Positions 1-9,900 of a stretch of DNA of 64,000 nucleotides are shown here, piece by piece. This DNA is from Promethearchaeota archaeon (lineage in GTDB: Archaea > Asgardarchaeota > Lokiarchaeia > Sigyniarchaeales > SOKP01), in contig JBHLLU010000013.1 in NCBI GenBank assembly GCA_048938895.1, positions 23,831-87,830 on the forward strand. Direction: 5' to 3'. The translations under genes and the position numbers were made by a program. How positions within the stretch are numbered: the stretch's first letter is position 1; each line of letters starts with the position of its first letter. The notes below the pieces were generated by a model. The model was not told the origin of the DNA, did no database searches, and saw only the letters and a list, made by a program, of their open reading frames with translations.

Positions 1-993
1 TGGTTTATCAGTAAATAGATCAAAAACTAAAAAAGCGAAAGTAAATATTAGAGCCCAGAATAATCCTACGAAAAGAAAAGCTATTGCCAAAGTAACTAAA
101 GTCCCTGCAATAGTTCCCTCCCAAGTTTTACTTTTATTCCAGAAAATATGTGTTTTTCCTAACCTTATGCCAATTTGACTTGTTACTAAATCACTTATTG
201 ATCCAATCCCCAATATTGTAAAGAAGACCATAGGGGGGCATGTAAAAGCCGCAAACATTTGTCCAATTGCAAAGAACATATAAGTGCCATAATTTTGTAT
301 TTCCTTTTCAGAAAGATAAATTTTAGTGAAAAATGTAAATGGAAAAGAAAGATTATTCGCTTTACGAGCAAATTCATTTGCTAACATAAATAGACTAAAG
401 ACGTAATAAAAGAAAAATAGGATATAGTAAAACCAACCTAATGAAAAAAGAACTTCAATAATAGAATTAGACACCATCACTAGTCTAAAATATAATAGAA
501 GCATGTTATTTTCTTCAGGAATCATACCCACAGAAGACCCAGTATAATGTTGAGCAATAAAAAGGCCAATATACCAAACTAGTACAAGACCAATAAAAAT
601 TAAAATGTGATTTATTTTCCTATGCGTGTCTCTTTTTGCTTTACTCCAGTTTTGTTTTTTTCTTTCTAATTCTTTCCCTAAACTTGATATATCTCTATTA
701 CTTGTTCTGTTATAAACATTAACAAAAAGGGTAGAAATAAGCATAATGATGGTTATAAGTACTGGAGGTATACCTAAAATAAGTAGCCACAAAGGTACCA
801 TAAATATTCTTAACGCTACTTCTTGATTCATTAACACTAAAAAGATAAAGATATGTATGAATACAAAAAGTAAAGCGCTAAAAGCAGTAATGTTATTTAA
901 ATTATCACTTTTATAGGAATAACGAATAAAACCATAAAGAATGAGAAGATAATAAAATGTAATAACACTAAACCAAATTTGGTAATAATCCAT
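1..993 (-). CDS. Polytopic membrane protein, dolichol/phytol kinase-like (CTP-dependent); runs off the left edge, absent from ORF track
   Basis: Manual translation from ATG 993 (MDYYQIWFS...). Contains THRKINH and SDLVTSQIGIRLGKTHIFWNKSKTWEG, the KxWEG motif of dolichol/phytol kinases, plus many TM segments. Confidence 0.75.
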   Translation of the reverse strand, partial: MDYYQIWFSVITFYYLLILYGFIRYSYKSDNLNNITAFSALLFVFIHIFIFLVLMNQEVALRIFMVPLWLLILGIPPVLITIIMLISTLFVNVYNRTSNRDISSLGKELERKKQNWSKAKRDTHRKINHILIFIGLVLVWYIGLFIAQHYTGSSVGMIPEENNMLLLYFRLVMVSNSIIEVLFSLGWFYYILFFFYYVFSLFMLANEFARKANNLSFPFTFFTKIYLSEKEIQNYGTYMFFAIGQMFAAFTCPPMVFFTILGIGSISDLVTSQIGIRLGKTHIFWNKSKTWEGTIAGTLVTLAIAFLFVGLFWALIFTFAFLVFDLFTDKP

Positions 994-1119
994 AATAAAT
1001 TACATAGGTTTATTCTTTAAGTAATATTTGTCCTTAAAGTTAAATTAATGATATATATATTTACTTTAAATTTTGGATTTAAAGTATAATAGATATATTT
1101 TCAATGAAGGTGAAGAATT

Positions 1120-1725
1120 CTGAAAAAAATCATATTAGCATCTAAATCTCCAGATAGAAAAATGCTTTTTAATCAAGCTAGAATTCCATTTGAAATTTTA
1201 AAACCAAACATTGATGAGGAGCTATTAAAGAATAAAATAAGTGATCCCGTAGAATTAGTCAAGGAGTTAGCAAGAGCAAAGGTTCTTTTCGCAAAGAATT
1301 TATTACAAAAAAACAAAAAAGAGGGGATTATAATCGCTGCAGATACTATTGTAGAATTAAAAGGACAAATTATTGGGAAGGCTGTTGATGAACAAGATGC
1401 TTTTAAAATCCTTAAAAAACTAATTGGAAACACCCATAATTTGTTAACAGGGATAGCTATTACAGATACAGATGATTCAAAAATCATTGTAGATTATGAA
1501 ACAACTATTGTGAAATTTATTCAACTTTCTGAATATGAAATTAAAAGTTACATTAGTTCAGGTGAATGGAGAGGAAGGGCTGGAGCTTATGCAATAACCG
1601 AAAAAGCAGGTTTATTTATTGAATTCATTCAAGGATCTTTTTCTAATATTGTTGGTCTTCCACTCCATAAAATATTTTTAATACTCAAAAATTATTTTCA
1701 ATTTAATATTTTAGAAGAAATTTAA
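1120..1725 (+). CDS. maf: Maf-family nucleoside triphosphate pyrophosphatase
   Basis: IIAADTIV, GRAGAY and SNIVGLP motifs. The conserved N-terminal IILASKSPDR lies upstream of ATG 1162, so the start is moved to CTG 1120 (SD GGTGA 1109-1113). Confidence 0.9.
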   Translation: MKKIILASKSPDRKMLFNQARIPFEILKPNIDEELLKNKISDPVELVKELARAKVLFAKNLLQKNKKEGIIIAADTIVELKGQIIGKAVDEQDAFKILKKLIGNTHNLLTGIAITDTDDSKIIVDYETTIVKFIQLSEYEIKSYISSGEWRGRAGAYAITEKAGLFIEFIQGSFSNIVGLPLHKIFLILKNYFQFNILEEI

Positions 1726-1768
1726 ACAGTATTTTAGGATGCGAATAATAGAAAGTCTTTATGGTAGA

Positions 1769-1939
1769 TTAATTATTGTCGGCATTTCTCAAAGCTTTTA
1801 AATCTTCATAAAATCTTAGAATTCTTTCAAATCTAATTATTAAATTTTCATAATAGCCTCTATCAGCATGCTTCATGCCAGACAATCTTTTAGCAAGATT
1901 GATTTCATACTTATATCTATTTATTTTTTCATCAATCAC
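1769..1939 (-). CDS. Small hypothetical protein (56 aa), below ORF-track cutoff
   Basis: GTG 1939 to TAA 1769: MIDEKINRYKYEINLAKRLSGMKHADRGYYENLIIRFERILRFYEDLKALRNADNN. Amphipathic helical pattern; fills the intergenic gap. Confidence 0.55.
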   Translation of the reverse strand: MIDEKINRYKYEINLAKRLSGMKHADRGYYENLIIRFERILRFYEDLKALRNADNN

Positions 1940-2101
1940 ATGGATTTTACAAAAAAAATCTTATATAAACTCAAAAAATATTGTGATAATACTAGTTGAA
2001 AATTTAGCTTCAATTCTGTATTGGATTCTAATTTGAAATATAAATGCTTTTATAATTTAGTACCTTACTAAGTAGTATTATTTAAATGGAGATGATACAT
2101 C

Positions 2102-2431
2102 TTGACTAAAAAATACAAAAATGGACAATTGATGAAATTTTTAACCGTCATCGGAGGTTTAGTTGCTTTAGCAAGTCAAATATTTACTATATTTAATTTT
2201 TCATGGCCTATAGGTCGTTTTGTGGGTTATTATGATCCAATTTATGCTATTATTGGGATCTTTATTTCAGTTATAACAATTTATACAGCTCTTAATCCAG
2301 ATAATCCTTTTCCTTTTCACTGGTTATTCCTTTTTGTGTTAGGAATACTGATTATCATTTTTGCTGGCGGGATAATAGCTTGCGCATTGTTAATCATAGC
2401 TGCATTGATCGGATTAATTGAAGTATTGTAA
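2102..2431 (+). CDS. Small membrane protein (about 4 TM)
   Basis: Hydrophobic helices; GGAG SD upstream; T-tract downstream. Confidence 0.75.
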   Translation: MTKKYKNGQLMKFLTVIGGLVALASQIFTIFNFSWPIGRFVGYYDPIYAIIGIFISVITIYTALNPDNPFPFHWLFLFVLGILIIIFAGGIIACALLIIAALIGLIEVL

Positions 2432-2497
2432 AAAACGAATTACCAACCATTTAAGTTATAATTCAATCATTTTTTTCTTAATTTTTTTTTTAATAAA

Positions 2498-3370
2498 TTA
2501 AAGAGATGCTTTTTTTAAGAAAAAACTAATTATTTGCTCTGCTATATTAACAGATGTAACTTTTTGTAATGCAGTAAATCCTGGAATCGAATTTACCTCC
2601 AAAACCTGAAATCCACTTTTTCCTTCAATCAAATCCACACCAGCAATCTCAGTTTTAGTAACTTTAGCTGATTTTATCGCTAGGTTTTCTAATTCATCGT
2701 TAATTTTTAAAGGTTCAGCCTTCGCACCAGCATAGATGTTAGTTTTCCAACTATCTCCTACGCGATACATACCTGCGATTGCTTCTTCACCTAAAACCAA
2801 AATTCTTATATCGCGGTTGTTATGTTCGATAAACTCTTGTAAATAAAAAACTTCATTAAGTCTACTTAAAGAATATATCACATTTTCTGCAAAAGCTTTA
2901 TCATTCAAACGAGTAATACCAATTCCCTTTGATCCAAAAAGCGGTTTAAAAACACAATCTCTTCCTAATTCATCAAAAGCCTCTAAAGCTTTGCATGGAT
3001 CTTCACAAATAATGGATTTAGGAGTAGGTATATTATGTTTTTCCAAAAAAACTGATGTTAAAAATTTATCACTAGCAATTTCTAGAGATTCTCTTGAATT
3101 TATTAATTTAACATTATATTCTTCTATAGCCCTTAGAATATCAAGCCTAAAAAAGATTTTTTGAGTTGCAGCAGCACCAAAACCTCTCACTAATGCAGCT
3201 CGCGGTTCAAGTTTCCTAAATCTTTCTTTAAATTTTTCTTTAAATGAAATCATAATTTTCATTTGTGAAGGGGTAAAATATTCAACGTTATATCCTTTTT
3301 TCTTAAATTCATTACTTAATATCTGAACTTCAGGATCTGAAGGATTTGGGGTAATTATCATTGAGTGCAA
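2498..3370 (-). CDS. RimK-family ATP-grasp amino-acid ligase (MptN/CofF/LysX-like)
   Basis: SDKF, KPLFGSKGIG, LQEFI, RDIRILV, WKTNIYAGA, GVDLI, EVNSIPG. Confidence 0.9.
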   Translation of the reverse strand: MHSMIITPNPSDPEVQILSNEFKKKGYNVEYFTPSQMKIMISFKEKFKERFRKLEPRAALVRGFGAAATQKIFFRLDILRAIEEYNVKLINSRESLEIASDKFLTSVFLEKHNIPTPKSIICEDPCKALEAFDELGRDCVFKPLFGSKGIGITRLNDKAFAENVIYSLSRLNEVFYLQEFIEHNNRDIRILVLGEEAIAGMYRVGDSWKTNIYAGAKAEPLKINDELENLAIKSAKVTKTEIAGVDLIEGKSGFQVLEVNSIPGFTALQKVTSVNIAEQIISFFLKKASL

Positions 3371-3451
3371 TTTATGTTCACCTTAAAAAAATTCACTTAA
3401 TTTATCAATAGCATTAATTTTTAAATAAATTTAATTTCTTATAAAACATAT

Positions 3452-4075
3452 ATGAAATCAATGGATATCGGAGATAAAGAAACAGAAATAGAAAAATTAT
3501 CTCTAATGCTAAGTAAAATTCAGAATCTTTATTACAAGAAGAAAGACCAACTGGAAGAACTGCAAATAGAGATTTCTGAATTAAGGGAAGTGTTAAATTT
3601 CCTTAATTCACTCATATCAAATAAATCCTTTCAAAGTGCTGATAAAATTTATTCAGATTCTTTACAAGAAGCTAAAATAAAGGCACTAGAAGAACAATAT
3701 TTTGTAGAGGAGATACCTAAGGAACAAGTGAAAGATACAAATATAAAAAGAAAGATTTTTACCAAAGAAGAAGATAAAGATTCAAAATTAATTTGTGTGT
3801 TAAATTTTATAGATTTTAATCTTGTCGAGATAAAATTTATTGAACCACTGGAACGATCGATACGAGAAACATCAGAAGATTTTATAACTATTTTTTTAAG
3901 AGGTGCCCTTCTAAAAATTAAAGATCATAATCCCGATTTAGATTTAGAATATGAATATTTTAAGAATTCCAAACTAATAGAACGAATAAAAATATCAAAT
4001 TTAAAAACTATGCAAGAATTTGATTTAATCACAGTTAAAATGAGGGAGCTTTTAGCCAAACAAATTGGCACCTGA
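3452..4075 (+). CDS. Hypothetical protein with N-terminal coiled coil
   Basis: 207 aa ORF with heptad pattern at residues ~10-55. Confidence 0.75.
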   Translation: MKSMDIGDKETEIEKLSLMLSKIQNLYYKKKDQLEELQIEISELREVLNFLNSLISNKSFQSADKIYSDSLQEAKIKALEEQYFVEEIPKEQVKDTNIKRKIFTKEEDKDSKLICVLNFIDFNLVEIKFIEPLERSIRETSEDFITIFLRGALLKIKDHNPDLDLEYEYFKNSKLIERIKISNLKTMQEFDLITVKMRELLAKQIGT

Positions 4076-4222
4076 AAAAGTTTAGTTTTTAAGATTTAAT
4101 CGCGATCTGTTCTTATTAATTGCAAAAAATTATATTGAGATAATATATTGTTTAATTAAAATAGGAAAAATTAATTATTCAGCAGTTCTTTATAATTTTA
4201 TCGAAATTAATAAAAAGAGTGT

Positions 4223-5041
4223 TTGATTTTGGCAAAGAAAAATTCATGGTTACAAATGCCCAAGGTTCACTCTAAATTTCACGATGCAGCATTAGAAGAT
4301 ATTTTGATTAGTAAATCTTTAGAGTTATTAACAGGTGATGAAGGAGAAGCTCCTTCATTTTTATTCCTTTCTGGAGCTTTTTTTGATGTCAAATCGTTTG
4401 CTTATTCGGGATTGAGAGCATGGAAGGGGGCAGTGAAACCCTCAGACGGAAATGGAGGGAGAAGGCCTGTATTAGAAGCTACTTTTGCTTCGATATCAGT
4501 ATATCTGAGCTCTCTCTTAGCATTACAATCAGACTTCTATTTTGCTTATGATGAAATAAAAGATATACTAATTGAGAAAAAAAGAGAAGATTTATGGACT
4601 ATAGTTTCTGAAAAACTTCCATTCATTTCAATTCCCCCCAAAGAGATGTATGGATCTCAAGTATCACCAATATCTCCGTATTTTGTTATAAAACAAGATG
4701 AAGAATTGACATTAGGAGAAATATATCCATCCACGTATTTATCTCAGGTGATTGAGAATATAAAAACTAGATTCTTCGTGTTTTTTCAATATCAAGGGTA
4801 CTCTGCTTTTGGTTTTTTTAATGCCTTACCAGATCTCTCTAAATTTGGCTTTGAGGAACACGCAAGAGATTTTAACGATGAACCTACCCCCGACAATTTA
4901 TCAAAATATGTTAAAAATGCAAAAAATATAAAAGAAGTATTAATTGCTCTTATTCATGCTCATAATAATGCTCTACTTGAACAATTTCTAATACCAGATT
5001 ACGAATTATTGCTAAATAAACTATTGGAAGGTGCTGTTTAA
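4223..5041 (+). CDS. Hypothetical protein, translationally coupled to small GTPase
   Basis: 272 aa ORF; stop overlaps next ATG (TAATG). Confidence 0.8.
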   Translation: MILAKKNSWLQMPKVHSKFHDAALEDILISKSLELLTGDEGEAPSFLFLSGAFFDVKSFAYSGLRAWKGAVKPSDGNGGRRPVLEATFASISVYLSSLLALQSDFYFAYDEIKDILIEKKREDLWTIVSEKLPFISIPPKEMYGSQVSPISPYFVIKQDEELTLGEIYPSTYLSQVIENIKTRFFVFFQYQGYSAFGFFNALPDLSKFGFEEHARDFNDEPTPDNLSKYVKNAKNIKEVLIALIHAHNNALLEQFLIPDYELLLNKLLEGAV

Positions 5042-5676
5042 TGGTAAACATAGGATTGTTAGGAGATGTAAGTGTTGGAAAAACTAGTATTTTACGCCTT
5101 TTTGTTAGGTATTTAAAAAAGGGGGATATTGAAAAAGTTGAGGGTGGTGTGAAGTGTTCTGTAGTTAAAGCTGATTTTTCAGGTGAGGCAACGGTACCAG
5201 GGGGAGATAAAGAGGATGCCCTTAATGAGAAAGAGACAAAAACGATTCATCCTAACCGAATTGTGTTTCGGGAGGATACAAATAATAGGGCTCATACAAT
5301 ATTTGCACCTGGAGGAGATCGTAAACGAGCTGTAGTAAAAATGGGTATTATTACGATTTCACGAATAGCTACTCAAATTGTGGCTGTTTTCTCTCTCGAT
5401 AGAGACTTAGAACCCCAGTTTGAATTCTTCAACGATGTAAGATTTTTCCCTGATAAAATTTATGTGTGCATAAATAAAGTTGATTTAATAGAAGGGGATA
5501 GAGATAAAAAAATAGGTGAAATGACAAACAAGATTCAGGAATTCTTTGAAGCTCGTAAAATAGCGATAAATGAATTCTTTACAACTTGTGGTGAAACTGT
5601 TGAAAATTTTGCAGAAGTTGAACAATTTAATAATAAAGTCGCAGAAATGATTTTAGAGATAACTACGAAACATTAA
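5041..5676 (+). CDS. Divergent small Ras-superfamily GTPase (MglA/Rup-like)
   Basis: G1 GDVSVGKTS, G3-like FAPGG, G4 NKVD, G5-like TCG. Confidence 0.8.
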   Translation: MVNIGLLGDVSVGKTSILRLFVRYLKKGDIEKVEGGVKCSVVKADFSGEATVPGGDKEDALNEKETKTIHPNRIVFREDTNNRAHTIFAPGGDRKRAVVKMGIITISRIATQIVAVFSLDRDLEPQFEFFNDVRFFPDKIYVCINKVDLIEGDRDKKIGEMTNKIQEFFEARKIAINEFFTTCGETVENFAEVEQFNNKVAEMILEITTKH

Positions 5677-5714
5677 GCTCCAAAAATAAAAATCTATTTA
5701 CTCTTAAGTTTTAG

Positions 5715-6242
5715 TTATTTCTTTACTTTTAAAGCTAAATTTATAATTAATTTATTTAAATCTAGCTGATATCCTATAAGAGGTGTAAGTCTTACAGTTC
5801 CCAAATTTTTATCAAGTTCTATATACCCAAGCTTCTCTAATTCCTTTAAATCATCAATTACATGTTTTTTCTTTCGTAAATCTTTAACATTTTGAATCTT
5901 TGCTTGACCATGTCTTTCCAGACAACAAACTATTGTATAGAATAACGTTGAGGCTAGTCTTGGTTTATTTGCAAAGGGATTTGCAGAAACGAAATCAGAT
6001 GATTCTGATCCAAATGCAATGAACCAGGTTGAGGAAATAGGATTGAATCTAACTTGAAGACCTAAGGGTTCGATATAACTCGATAATTGAGTAATTAAAT
6101 CCTCAAAATAGATTGATTCATTTTTACCATTTAGATTTAATTTTTCTAAGATATCTTCCCTAGAAGCACCTATGTGAAATTTTCCTTGTTTTTTACTTAA
6201 GAGATGCATTAAAATGGTAATTTCATTCATATTTTTCACCAC
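5715..6242 (-). CDS. Kite-like (tandem winged-helix) SMC subunit, Nse1/Nse3/ScpB-like
   Basis: Last gene of SMC operon; two wHTH-like halves (LSSYIEPLGLQVRF; LKELEKLGYIE..VRLTP). Confidence 0.65.
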   Translation of the reverse strand: MVKNMNEITILMHLLSKKQGKFHIGASREDILEKLNLNGKNESIYFEDLITQLSSYIEPLGLQVRFNPISSTWFIAFGSESSDFVSANPFANKPRLASTLFYTIVCCLERHGQAKIQNVKDLRKKKHVIDDLKELEKLGYIELDKNLGTVRLTPLIGYQLDLNKLIINLALKVKK

Positions 6243-6896
6243 TCATTTCAAATATAAAAAATTTGATTCCTTTTGATATTTAATTTTACCTAATTGCAGT
6301 AGATGCAGTAAATATACAAAATTTTCATATATAGTGATTTGATTCTGCTCATTCTCAAATACTTCATCAAAAGCACAAGGGAGTTTATTTTTGATATTTT
6401 TATAAAACATTAACATTTTTTCAGTGAACTTTCCTTTAGGAATTTCTAATAAAAATGTCTCTCTCACTTCTAATTTATCTAAATGTTCAATAAGGATAGG
6501 TTCTCTTTTTAGATTATTTAATTTCTCTTTAGAAATTTCAAGGAAATCGAGAGAGAGTGAGTCAATATTGAACGGTTTTATCCAACAATCACTTAGTAAT
6601 TGATCTATTTCTATGTCTCTGGGATTTGATTTTAAAAATGATAAAAAACCATCTCTTCTATCAATATTATTAATTAAAACTTCTAATTCATCAAATTTTT
6701 GAACTAAAAGTTGAAGGGCATTATTATATGTTGCAGTATAGTGGTTGAGATTTTCAATATGAAGTGAATTTTTTAACTGTTCAAAAATTGGAACTAATTC
6801 GACATCTAATAGTGTTATTTCACCCGAAATAATTTTTATTTGAATTTGTTCTATTTTTTTATTTATTTCTTTAGAAAAATCCTTGAATTCCTTCAT
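6243..6896 (-). CDS. Kleisin-like (ScpA/Nse4-like) subunit
   Basis: Directly downstream of SMC; C-terminal winged-helix motif FVYLLHLLQLGKI matches kleisin FxxLLxLxxxGxI. Confidence 0.7.
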   Translation of the reverse strand: MKEFKDFSKEINKKIEQIQIKIISGEITLLDVELVPIFEQLKNSLHIENLNHYTATYNNALQLLVQKFDELEVLINNIDRRDGFLSFLKSNPRDIEIDQLLSDCWIKPFNIDSLSLDFLEISKEKLNNLKREPILIEHLDKLEVRETFLLEIPKGKFTEKMLMFYKNIKNKLPCAFDEVFENEQNQITIYENFVYLLHLLQLGKIKYQKESNFLYLK

Positions 6897-6903
6897 CTGT
6901 TCT

Positions 6904-9900
6904 TCATTCTCTTTTATTGATCAATTTTGGTTTAAAAACTGAAGAAATTTCATCTTTACCAACTCTAGCAATTCCAATAATTTTTTCAGCAAGTAAAAAC
7001 AGTGAAGATGATGATTTGGGTAAGAACATAAATAATTGTATAGGGTTCTGTTCTAACGTTGATTTTATTAATTGATAAGCAACTTCTGAATTCTTGTCAT
7101 CTAGAAACATACCTGCTTCATCAAGCATACAAAGTGCAGAGGGTTTAATTTCTTGTAAAGATAAAATCAAGCAAATTGAAATAAGAGAGACTTGTCCTCC
7201 ACTTAAAGCTGTAAAAGATTTTAATTGCTCCTTTGATGTTGCTGCTTTTATATTCACACCTAAAGCTTCAATATTTCCTTTTAATTCAAGAGAACAAAAT
7301 GACTTAATTTGAGAATCCTCAAATTTTTGATTTACTTTCGATTGAAGATCTTCAAGTACTTTACGGAACTTGTTATAATATGTTTTTTCTAACTTTATTT
7401 CAGTTCTAATTGCTGCTTTAATATCCATTTCTAAATCTTTCTGACTTCTATTAATCTCTTTAAGAGATGACATAATTTGATCCTTCTCAATTAGAAGTGA
7501 ATCATCAACATCTAAGTAGCTTAACAATTGTTTGTTAATTTCTGCAATATCTCCCTTTATATCTTCTATTGGACGAATTAAAATAAGTTGGTCAGAGACT
7601 AAGGGACCTATTTCAGAAATAATCCGGTTAAAATCAATTCTTTTTAATTCAAGTTCTTGGTTGAATGTAGTTAATTTTAGATTTTCATGTTCCATATTTA
7701 AGGTAATTTCCATATTTTTTTTATCGATCTCAACTTTCCAAGTTTGGTACTGATTTTTAGATTTTTTCAAATTATCGATTTGCATTTCGATATTATCAAG
7801 TTTATCTTCAACCTTTTCTAACTGACGATAGATTTCGAACGCATTTTTGTCTGCTTTTTGGAAATTCTCTTTTTTTTCTTCATACTCTTTTTTACGGGAG
7901 TTGAAATCTGATCTTAGTTTATTTAATTCATCTTTTACCTCTATTAGTATCTCTAGATTCTCATTTAATTTCAAATCCCATTTTTTCCTTTCACTGTTTA
8001 AATCAGTCAATTCATTTGGAATCTCAGTAATCCTAACAGTCCATTCAAAAAAATCAGGGTCTGTCCGAGATTTCAATCCTTTTATCTTTAAATCTACTAT
8101 TTTTAGATCATTTTCGAATTGTGAATTAATTTTCTCCAGTTTGTGCATTTGTTCGTACAATTGATTTTTTTTAGAAGTGATTCTTTGTTTTTGATTAAAG
8201 TTATACAAAAGATCGTTGAACGCCTCTTTCTTGTTAAAAATTTCTTTCTGAATATAGTCTAATTTAGACTGCTCACTCCTTAATTCTGAAATTGAATCAT
8301 TAATTGACTTAATTTCAGCCTCTAAAATACTAGATTGTTCCTTTTGCGTTGCCGCGCTCAACAGACCTTTTAATCTTTTTACATAAGGTGTTTCATATAC
8401 ATACTTATATGAAATAATTTGTTCTCCAGCTAAAGTTACGCATTTACCCTTGAAACCAAACTTATTATAAATTTCTTTCCCTGAACGGTAATCCTTAACT
8501 ACTAAGCAATTTTTTACTTTAGAATATATAACCTTTTTAATATCATTATCATTATTTACTATTTTAACTAGTTCAGCTAGATAACCAATAATTCCATTAG
8601 CACTTATGGGTAGTAATGGTTGTACTTCTATTTTTTTCGGAAGATAGATATTACAATAAGCATTATATTTGTCTTTTAATCTTTTTAATAAAGCTAAGGT
8701 ATCCCAATCTTCTGCAATAAAACTATATAATAATTTTTCACCTAACACAGATTCTATAGCATAACTTAAATTGTCATCATACTTTAGATATTCAATTAAG
8801 GGACCTTTTACATTTAAATCTCTTCTTTCAATTTCCTCTTTTAAAATAGATATACTTGAAGGTAGAAGAACTTTCCGTTCTCTTAAAGAAGTTTGGAGAA
8901 TTTGTAATTTTTTAACTCTTTTTGACTTCTCAAATTCTTGTTTTTTTATTTCGGAATCAATCTCATAAATCCTTAAAGAAGCTTTTCGTAAATCCTTTTC
9001 AAGTTCTTGCAATAGACTTTTTGAAGGATTTTCTAGAAACCATTTATTTTTTTCTAATCTATGTTCTATATCATTAAAACTCTGAAATAGTTGGTTAATT
9101 TCATCGTTGAGATTATATATTAACTTTTGATTTTCTTGAATTTTTAATTCTTTTTTATCTTTTTCCTCAATGATATTATTATATTCATCTAAAATAGCTT
9201 TATTTTGCTTAATTTTCTTAACTAACTGGTCTTGTTCTTTTATTAAAATTTCAATTGCAGTATCTAACTTATAACATTGTTCTTTAATAATTGTGTGTTC
9301 ATTTTCGAAACTTTCTTTTTGTTTTTCATAATTAATAACAATTTTTTCTAATTCTCTCAATTTAGTAGAAAGATTATCTAAAGCTTGCTTAGCTAATTTT
9401 TTTTCTTCTTGCCAATTTTCAATTTTAGCGATTAAATCTGATCTTTCAAAAGAAAGTTCACCAATTTTTTTGGTCAAACCATTTATTTTCTTTTCTTCAA
9501 TTGAAATTTTATTTACTAATTCTAAAATATCAGAATCATATTTTTTCTTTCTTTCTTTGATGCCTTCTATGACTAATTTGAGATTTTTAATAATTTCAAC
9601 TACTCTTTCAATCTCTTTTTCTAATTTGTCCTTATTTGCCCACAATAACTCATCGTCGTATTTTTTTTTAATTGTCAGCAATTGGTTTTTCTGTTTTAAT
9701 CGATTTATTTTTGGTGTTAAAATTTCCAAGCTAATATTCAATGTGTTCCTTCTAGCTTTCATTGAGTTCAAATCATTTCCTAACGTCTGTACACTGCCTT
9801 TTTGGTTTATAATCTCATCTCGAAGAGGTTTTAAACCAATTCCCTCCTCAAGGAAGGAACATAATTCTGTTGGTTTTAAGTTTTTAACGGCATCTATTTT

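Noticed and set aside
195-377. 60-aa ORF from the track
   Set aside because: Out-of-frame shadow inside the 1-993 kinase-like gene.
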